Position numbers and translations under genes: made by a program
Assembly (NCBI RefSeq): GCF_964355755.1
Contig: NC_092679.1
Location: 5,176,201-5,240,200 of the forward strand
Length of the DNA: 64,000 nucleotides
Reading direction: 5' to 3'
Source: Antedon mediterranea
Lineage: Eukaryota; Animalia; Echinodermata
Shown here: positions 54,308-64,000 of the stretch, in pieces
Numbering within the stretch: position 1 is the first letter of the stretch
Layout of the letters: each line of letters starts with the position of its first letter
Notes under the pieces: generated by a model
What the model saw: the letters and a program-made list of their open reading frames with translations, nothing else
What the model was told of the DNA's origin: nothing
Database searches by the model: none

Positions 54308-55660
54308 TTATTGCGAATGACGCAATGTTTCGCTGTATAATTTAGGCCTATTATCAGGTTATATGCACTACCTATATCTAATGTATTACCATATTATATT
54401 TGGGTTGTTAAAAACTGAACACTTTATTGCAAATGCAGTCGGCAAATCATTTTAGTTGAGCGTGCAACATATTGCCTCAATAATATTTCAAGTCTATAAA
54501 TGCAGATCGATACAGTAGGCCTAAATTAAATTACATTTAATTCAATTTAATCTACTTGGTCCTGATAATGTCCACTATTGTTTTTTTTTTTTTTAAAGAA
54601 AATGAAAAAAATATACATAAATAAATAGTTATGCATGAATTAATAGTGAACTATGACCCTTGAAAATGACGGCAGCCCAACACAGGCATATACTCGCTTT
54701 CTACCATATCCAGTTATAATTTCAATCTTTTATTCAACATTGTTGCCAATCATTATTTGTTATATTTTACATTTAATACACTGTTTAAATAAACTAAATA
54801 TTTAATGAATTGTATTAATAGCCTATTCAGTTAAATTAATTCGTTTGTTTTGTTTGTTTTTTTAATGAGGAAACATTTTATTTTAGGCCGTTAACATCTA
54901 GATTGACATGAAGATAACGATTTGTTATGTGTGGTCAGTAATCGGAAATTAACTGTTGTCTACACTCGTTAGCAACATAAAACCTGAAGTGGATTCTATA
55001 GCGCAGTCTATCATCATTATCATCATCATTATCATCATCATATCATCCTAAACATACACTGACATGTTTCTTACAATCCGCAGCCGTCAGTTAACTGTCG
55101 GATAAATAACACATAAAAGATGCTTAAGCTTACACAATGACCAATTATTTTGGTGTGATACAATTTGTACTAATAGTAGAAGTTAAACACGGTGGTCCTA
55201 CCGAGGTTAACATTGATTCACAAACAATTGGCACACAGGGGGACAGTCAACATAATGGGCCTGCTCTGCCTCGTTTACTCACAAGTACGCCCTTAATGAG
55301 ATATCAAATATAGAGAAATAAGCAGATATTTCGATTGTAATTATTGTCCGTTATATTGTATAAGGAAAATGTCAATGACGACGATGACGCCGTATTGTGA
55401 AGATGGTTCTGGCTTAGCATGATACGAGTCTTGAGACAACAAAGCTGAAGTAGCACCCCGACAGAGGGTACCCATAGGTACCTACGTTGCTATATCCCTG
55501 CTTAGCAATTGCACTATTTAAAATCAACAAGTTCACACATCTTACTCCTAATTATATTCATTATATGTTGTTTGTTTAGTTTGTTATGATCTTCTAAAGA
55601 AAGCTAGCTGATACTAATACAATTGATCTTAGTTATACTGGTTTTTCACATTAATACTAA

Positions 55661-55842
55661 AGCGTGGTTCCCACTACCGACGCAACACAAGGATGTAACG
55701 CAACGCAAGTGAATTGACCAATCACAAGCGATGACTTATCCGCTTGTGATGATTGCTAACTGTCTATAACTTCGCTTGTCATTGGTTAAAACGCTTGTGT
55801 TGCGTTTACGTCCTTGCGTTACGTTCTAGTGGGAACCAAGCT
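55661..55842 (+). mobile_element. PIF/Harbinger-type MITE, copy 3
   Basis: Same TIRs as copy 1; perfect TAA TSD. Confidence 0.9.
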
Positions 55843-56122
55843 TAACAATAGTATAGATCTTATAGTATGATGGCTGTGCATATAGTTCTGTGTTGCATTT
55901 CAACTGCATATACGTCTCACGAAACGAAATACGACCTCTCCATGAGTATGCCTACAACTAACATACATCAACTTGTAATAAACTAACATAGAATAAAATA
56001 AGTATAAAATCCAAAGGCAAATTACTGAAGAAATGACAATCAATATTTGGTTTTTTTTTTATTCTTGCTGACTGTATCTTGTACCTCTAGTTATTTTAAA
56101 TCCAAAGGCAAACTACTGAAAA

Positions 56123-56500
56123 AATGCTGTGGGTATCAGTGGCTGGATCTCAATGAAGATACAAAATGACAATGCTGTGGGTATCAGTGGCTGGATCTCA
56201 ATGAAGATACAAAATGACAATGCTGTGGGTATCAGTGGCTGGATCTCAATGAAGATACAAAATGACAATGCTGTGGGTATCAGTGGCTGGATATGAATGG
56301 AGATACAAAATGACAATGCTGTGGGTATCAGTGGCTGGATCTCAATGAAGATACAAAATGACAATGCTGTGGATGTCAGTGGCTGGATCTCAATGAAGAT
56401 ACAAAATGACAATGCTGTGGGTATCAGTGGCTGGATCTCAATGAAGATACAAAATAACAATGCTGTGGGTATCAGTGGCTGGATCTCAATGGAGATACAA
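56123..56500. repeat. 48-bp tandem array, 8 copies
   Basis: AATGCTGTGGGTATCAGTGGCTGGATCTCAATGAAGATACAAAATGAC repeats every 48 bp; a single-copy version lies at about 43508-43555 (reverse complement). Confidence 0.95.
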
Positions 56501-56540
56501 AAAAAAACCGAAAAGCTAAGTAAAACAGCCAGAAAAGTTA

Positions 56541-56577
56541 GCAGAGCTTTCGGGCAACACTAGCCCTTCATCAGTGC
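56541..56577 (-). ncRNA. Minimal type-I hammerhead ribozyme motif
   Basis: GCA-CUGAUGA-A-GGGC-UAGUGUU-GCCC-GAA-AGCU-C-UGC: helix I GCA/UGC, 4-bp helix II, palindromic AGCU helix III, UC cleavage site. Confidence 0.75.
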
Positions 56578-59500
56578 AAGTGAAGGAATTTGGATAACGT
56601 CATAGTATGAGAGATGGCAAATAAGTATAGTTATAGAATTTCATTAATTAAAGAATTATTAGATTTCAGTTAAATTTGATATTGAAACAATGATAATGTT
56701 AGAAACTAAATTTTAAAATTCGTTAAATTTATAAAACTACTACGGCGTCGTGTAATTTTATCAATTTAACGGAAAAAATAGTTTCTAAAATTATCTTTGT
56801 TTTCAATAACGAATTTAACTGACATGTAATCAATTCGTTTGGTTAGTGCAACAAAATATTATCTTTGTTTAAAATGGTATAGTGTTAAACAACAATCATT
56901 ATGTAAGTTGTGACTGAATTGCAGATAAGTCACAAAGCACCCAACTTTTATCTAGACAAACCTAATTACTGTATAATTAATTATAAACTAAACATAAACC
57001 AACATATATTTTTTATCTTAACTTCCTCTGGTGTTTTCGTTAAAATGCTTTTTTTCCTTTTATATTCTTCGTTTGTTGCATATAAATTAAATTAAATATA
57101 TTGTATGATATTAGAAAAAAGTTATACATACGACTTCAGACAGCACAAGTAAAAAATATTTTTTGTTGCTATTATTATTAATTGTATAAGATTTAAATCC
57201 GTTTTTGTCGACAGGACCACAATGCAAAACAAGTTTATTTCTACTTGATTGTGTATTATCCTGTAAAAATATGTTGTAAAAAAAAAAGAAGAAACAAAAC
57301 ATCATATTTAACAAAACTGTTAATTTTAGTTGTGTGACGTTGGTATAGTCTTTTGTTTTGTAGTTCCCATTTTTTATTTATCTTTTTTATTGTTATATTT
57401 TTTTCTTTGGACTTTCACAAGTTGAAGTGTGCCACTGATAAAAAAAAAGTCAGTGCCAATACCGATAGCATTACACGAAGTTTTAACATGGAACTGTACA
57501 TTTTTAATTCATCCATGGTTTTATCAAGGAGTTGTATCATATAAAAATAGAAACTGCTTGATGCCATCCATGGAGGTAAAAGGTTTGCTTTCACACACAT
57601 CAAGTACGGTTCATGTAACCCAAAGAAAGTTAAAAACAATTGTCAATCTCAAAAGTATTAACACTTAAAAATATAATAGATCTTTATGAATGACGTGGTA
57701 TATTTGAGCATCACTGCGCACGCTATTTGTAGTGTGTATAATAAATTGTAATAGGTCTAATATAATTATAAAAACGATAATCAGATTAGCCATGTTCTTT
57801 CTACCATTCATTAAACACCAACATGTGTGCCGTATACAACTTTACAGATCTTCGAATTAAAATAATTTAAATTCATACCTAATATGGGTTCAAGCAAGGA
57901 GAAATAAGTGAATTTCATTCCCCAAAATTGGATTCAAGCAAATAAGTCACCACAGTTCAAGTGACGTTCTGTTCTTGGACCTCTTTGGATAAATAATGGT
58001 CACTTTCATAAACTTTATGAATTGCTACCAAATATCAACAACCTTGTATGATCAATTGGATGCTACTATTTCCATATTCTTATTAATTTATGTAGGCCTA
58101 TGAAATACTAAAATTTGAGTCTCGAATTTATTATATAACAAGCTAGAACAGCTTAATTAGCGGAGATACTTTGTTTTAGGTTAAAGTTAAAATTAATAAA
58201 GAAATAACTAATTGAGTAAATTGTCCAAGTGGTAAGTGGTAAATTTCAAATAGTTTATTATAGATTTTAAACCATATCGAACGTAAACATACTAATGATT
58301 GACAGTGACACCTAGGCCTGGCCGAGTGTCGCATGTGGTGTCAACCTTTTCATTAAAGTATTCCAGATACCTATTGCCATGGAATCTATCTACTTCCACA
58401 AAACGACTTCCGATTTAGTTCAGTTGGAGGAGAAATGATGATTTAACTAGAAAGCTGTCTCCTGAAAATAGTTTTACGATGATCTGTCTTCTCTTAAGTT
58501 CAGTTAAGTTTTGACAGAAAATGGGATTGTTTGTTTAAAAATTACAAAGTGGTCATGCTTTTCAATTAACTCAATTAAGTAATTAATAATTTCAAAAAAG
58601 CATTCTAGAATCTTCTGCAACAATTTGTTTAAACATTTCAATCCATATTATTGACTGCTAAGTGTCGTCTGCTATTTGATTGAATGGCCGCGATATGACC
58701 TTCAAACTACGCATGCGCTACCACTTATCAATGATTGATTACAACGATTTGAAACTGTAAACATATAGTTGTCAATAATGTGTGTACATTTTATTATATA
58801 GGCTTATATAATTAAACAATTTTTTATTCGTATTTCACACCAAAGTATTACCATGATGTACGTTCAAATTATTGATTAATTTGTTTGTAATCATCGTATT
58901 TATTAACATAAAAAATACATAATTGTAAACAATTATGGTTAAACAGGCCTACTAATTATAACTTAACTAAATTAACGAATTTACAAACATGGTTATATTC
59001 TTGTTGTTATTGGTATTTTCTTTCGTTTATGGCTATACAGTATTATAAGATAATTGTTTTTGTAACTCGTTACTAACCTATACTATCATGATACTATAGA
59101 AAATCAGTAAAAAAGGCCTAAATTAAATTATATTTTTATAATAGGGTTAGTTGCCTAAAGGTATAACGTAATGTAATAACTACACAAATACAATACTGCA
59201 TCAGCAGAAACATATATGGAATGACATTAATAGACCATTTGTAATACGAGCGACAATTTCTTTATTAAAATGTCATTGATAATGATGATAATGATATCAT
59301 TTTCTCGCTGATTTTGCGAATCAGGGTATAGTTATTGATTGGCCGATTTTTCTTGTTTTCTCGGTCACATTGCAAATAGTTTAGAACCGATGTCTGATAG
59401 TCTAGGCAAGGATAAATTACCAATCTCAAATATTTATTCAGTTGCAGGTGTGATATCATAGTGTGTAATTATTATTAGAACATATTCAGAGGTATTGGTG

Positions 59501-62500
59501 GATGCTTTGATTAGGCATAATATATAGAGAAATAAAAAATGAATGAAGTTACCGGTATAAAAGTTTCTACACTTAAAGCAAGAGTCTTCTGATCGGACAC
59601 AGGTTACATTACCGGTATGTCATCAAACATAAAACACAATTAATATAATAAAGATTAGAAGAACAGCATTAGGCATGATTGGTGATGTTAAATTGATAAA
59701 TTACAAAATTAAAGATTTATGATTATAATGTATAATGTAATTCATATAATGAAACCTCTTAAGTCTTGACATTTTTGTTTTCAGTTGACCTCATCGTGAA
59801 CTTCAATTATTATTGCGCCAATGGTTTTTCAAATTTCGTTTATATGATCAAATAAAGCAAATAAATATTGTATAAATACCCATCGGCATCCAGAATGTAT
59901 CAGGGTTTACCTAAATATACAAAGTATGAATCAATTCTTTAGACATTTAAATAATTTGTATACGATTCAAAGAAAGGATGTATACAAAGAAAACACAGTA
60001 CGGAAATAACACTAACTTAGCATTACTAGAATGATACAAGAAAAGGTGTTCTTCCTTTCGCCATTTCCGTGTTGAAGATAGCTACTGAATAGAGTAATAA
60101 TATCAAACGGTCGAAGCAAATCGACCAGTGTACTCTCTAACATCTGTGTTTCATTTTTCTCCATTGATTTCACTCGGGTGTAAATTTATCCGATTTTCGG
60201 TGCCACTCGGCCGAAAATATCATTTGTAAAACCGACAGCATCAGTGCATCTGAAAAGGTTTGCTAGAATACTGCGTGACAAGAAAGTGATAGTGAAGCGT
60301 GAAATGTATCACCTCGACCTGTTAGGAGCTGTATCATCATTGCGATTATGGCATGGGGCCTAGGGTTCGGTTACATGTCATTTTTAACTCCAACACATGT
60401 TTCTCTTCATTTGTAATGCAGGCTTAAAAAAAGTTGACATGTATATTGTTCGTCATAATAGTAAAATTTGAATAATATGGTAACAATGATGATATGATTT
60501 ATAAAGGAAGCATTGATTCTTTTTTAATTAACAATTACACATGAGACAGGATGGATGAATATAGAAGAGTAACAAAGAAACATTAGAAATAAAGAAGAAG
60601 ATTGCTTCCATCTTGACTAAGTAAAGCATGACCCCGTCTGTTGGTTTGAAATTAAATCGATCTTATTTCACCTTATTAAAAGCTTACATTTTATAAAAAT
60701 GCTATACTTTAATATATGGAAATATTTTTAAATGTCTTTCTTCATTATCAGTGTAAAGCATTATTGTGCTGAATAATTCACAAAACTAGAAAACTGACCA
60801 TTGACTGTTTACTCCTTGTACATTTTTGATTTATTTGTTTGTGAATTTAAAAAACTCTAACATATCTGGTTATCCTAAATCCGAAAGTTTAATAGGAGCA
60901 ACAATAAAACAGCGCCGCTAGCGTTGATGTCATATTGCACCAAACTTTTCTCTAGTAAGAAAGTGGAACGAATTACTTATTTTTGTCTATAATAAGTTTG
61001 GAATGTTATCTTAGCTTTTCTAATTACAGTATTGGTCTGTTTAATATCGGTAGTCTCTACTTAACTTTAATAAACCCACAACATAAGTGATGTTACTTAA
61101 AGTGATCAAACACGAACCAATGTCATTCATCAACCATTGATTTCCTGTTAACTCTATTTATTGTTGATCCTTTTCCGTCTCGAGGAGTGCTGAGAGAGAT
61201 CAGTTAATGGCCGCCGATGAAATGTAAACATTCAAAATGACTATCGACACTGAGATGGGACGTATACAGAGCCTATCCGCCAGAGGTGAAAACCACTGCA
61301 GATAATGAAACGAGATCAATGCAAAATGGAAACGCATTAAAGTGAATAACTCGCCAGTTTTGTTCCATTTAGTTGCCATTTCCAAGTTGTCAATATCTGG
61401 AGGCTTGCGGGCAAAATGTATGATCAGCAGCAGATCTAAAATCCAGATCATTGATTGAGCAAGAGTCACGTCATCATACCAAGATAATTATAACTCGTGA
61501 CCCATGACAGCAGTTTCATTGACATTACATTAATTTACATCCATTATGAATTGGTGATATTAAAAATCAACACTGCTAAATTAAGTTATGTTATATCGTT
61601 ATACGTAAAACATTTTTATTTTTATCATCCTCGTCATCATCATCATCATCATCAATAATCACTTCTCCGTTATCATAGTCACAATCATTCCAATATCAAA
61701 ATGAACGTCACCATCAAGACTTCGCGCGCATCAGTATGACGATGTATATCAGACATTTCGTACAAAGATATTTTTAGACAATATTTTATTTTGTAATGAT
61801 TTCTTAATTACGTAAAAAATGTTTTGCTATCATCGGTGCTTTGTTAATAACATAAACAATTTGATATTTAATTGAAATTCAATAGAAAGATAGAATGAGA
61901 CAAAAGTAATGTCGTAGCGCGAGATTAATTGAAATGCCACTCATATATCGCATGATTTAATAGAATATATTCAGGTATCATCGCTGCATCTTTGGTTAAA
62001 TTAAAACATCGATTTTCAAGAAGAAATCGCGCTGTAATTTAGACAAATTCTTTAGATAACGATCTATACTTTGAGAGTATTTGTTTTATCGACTTTTGCA
62101 TTATTCGGTAAAATATCATGATGAACGATTCACCAAAGGCGATGAAAGAAGGTACTGTCTCCTCACATGACTTTGTCAGTTAATATTATACGAGAAAATT
62201 GTGCGTACGACAACAGCATTTAAATCAGAAGCCAGTACGCCAGTAGCATAACGCACGCGTGCAGTAGCGCGTTTTTTCCCCAATCAGATTTCCGATTGGG
62301 AAACATGATCAGGAGGTTGATGATATACCGTACAACAGAGATGCATACATTTTTTATGACGAGTTTTTTCCTCTACCGTAAATTTATGACACAATTGACA
62401 AGAAATATCCATAAATCAACCATAATAAATTATCTACATTTAGTGCTTGCTATAAGTAACCAGGAGATAGCAAGGAACGACAAAAGTTGGTACTTTATTT

Positions 62501-62589
62501 GGTATCTTATAATTCTAGTGCTTGATTAACCGACATATACTCGAAGATTATTCCGGCAAACGCATTGCTAAATTTTAACAAATTTAATA

Positions 62590-62661
62590 CTGTAAAACCG
62601 CAAAAAGAAGCCCTCATTTCGAAAAGAAGCCCATCCCGAAAAGAAGCCTCCCTCTTTACGG
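62590..62661. mobile_element. Tiny mariner-type MITE remnant
   Basis: TA|CTGTAAA ... TTTACGG|TA with three internal AAAAGAAGCC repeats. Confidence 0.4.
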
Positions 62662-64000
62662 TATTGTTAGAAGATGTTTAGGTTTTACAGAACAATACAA
62701 TTAGAGAAGGCATTGCCAAAATACTTCCATCATCAATATTCTGTTAGATCATACCAACCAAAGTGTCTTAAATGAAGAGTAACATTATTAACAAAGAAAA
62801 CATATCGTCAGATTTGCTATTGTTGTCGGTTACATTACAGTAAAGTGTGAAGTGTTTTAGTGTAACGAAGACATTGAAATAGCACATCACCTAATGTACA
62901 TTAATAGGTTTCCTGCATTAACGACACTTGAGGTGTCTTGTTTAAGAACTCATTCAGCAATAAATATGCATATAAACTGTCTATAAATACATTTATCTTA
63001 CAATAAAAATCATTTGAGAACTTTTATATCTCTTTATAATATAGCTGTCTAATGACTTCATTATTGTTGAAGTTATCTCAATTTTAACCATTCATTGATG
63101 GTAAACTCACCGTCTAATCTGAAACAATTTTGTTAATATTATTTGTTGTACGATAATAGGGTACATTAATTTTAGCGTAATGTAACAATTTAGTTATGGA
63201 CGTTTAAATCAAGTTTGTTTAAGTAGTGAATCTAATGTAAAGATAGCCTAATGCCTGTTTTAACTACAATAAACGAAATGTTAATGTCTTATTCCATTAG
63301 ATGTATTATTTGACATCTATTATGTTTCCGCTTAGTAGGTTTATTCATAAAAATTACAATACTATTGAAAACATCTTTCCATATGCAATGATTCTTTACA
63401 CTGTATTTTAACCAGTTTATTGTTAGCCTATTCTCTGTACAGGTACTGATCTATATTTTGTTCAGTAGCCTAGGCAGATTCTATCAATCATAGCATTGCT
63501 TTTACATAATACACGTATAACACTATGTGTCATACATGTGACACTGTGTTATACAATTTGCCTATGACACTGAATAGATAATTCCAATGTGGAGATACAA
63601 CACATACGTGGTTGGTATTTTAGTAAAATTGTTATTTCATTGAAATGTATAAAGCTTTAAATTAATTGTTGATGAATTCGTAGGAAACTGATAGACGTTG
63701 ATATTAACATGAACTAAGCAGCGGTTGCGCAAATAAGGAAGGACATGGGTCGCTCGAGATGTACACAAACCAGATGGATGCACTCCAACAGGCTTTAATT
63801 AAAGAAAGACAACCCCGTTTTAGAGGGTGGCCGCAGGGCTTGTTGCAACTTATGATTACCGAAATTGTAGAAAACACCGATAATGATGAAAATACTTGTA
63901 ATATTCCCTGTCACTGGACACCATTATAAAGCTTACAACTTATCACCAGTAATGAAAAGGGAGATTATTATTTACAGATAATACGAACTTCTCCTAAACT

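Larger units (their letters stand above)
56009..56580 (-). mobile_element. Penelope-like pLTR copy with internal tandem expansion
   Basis: Reverse complement of 43417-43580. The terminal ATCCAAAGGCAAA segment is present twice (56009, 56100). Confidence 0.7.

Noticed and set aside
56113-56563. 16-aa periodic ORFs on both strands
   Set aside because: Translations of the 48-bp array.

Overview
AT-rich metazoan genomic DNA with no prokaryotic features. The Six3/6 protein, the repeat landscape and the abundant TAGGCCTA words suggest an invertebrate deuterostome, probably an echinoderm (inference). Two genes lie head-to-head about 22.8 kb apart. (1) A complete two-exon Six3/6 (optix-class) homeobox gene on + (44442-45127, 49251-49419; about 284 aa). 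(2) The short first coding exon (21560-21611, -) of a probable zinc-finger repressor starting MSRRKQDKPQQV, the N-terminal NuRD-recruiting motif of the BCL11/SALL/FOG/ZNF521 families; no downstream exons were identified in 1-21559. The rest is non-coding: minisatellites (16, 20, 48, 53, 144 bp units), several MITE families (Harbinger-, Kolobok-, Tc1/mariner-like), two HINE/DINE-1-like elements and Penelope-type remnants. Most notable: (a) minimal type-I hammerhead ribozyme cores with palindromic helix III, two of them 0.7-1 kb upstream of the Six3/6 ATG; (b) one of these elements carries a SIX consensus site (GGGTATCA) that is tandemly amplified downstream of Six3/6; (c) five CTCF-like cores within 2.5 kb between the two genes; (d) an apparent CpG-decay boundary near the zinc-finger gene promoter. 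All observations are by eye; no searches or folding programs were run.
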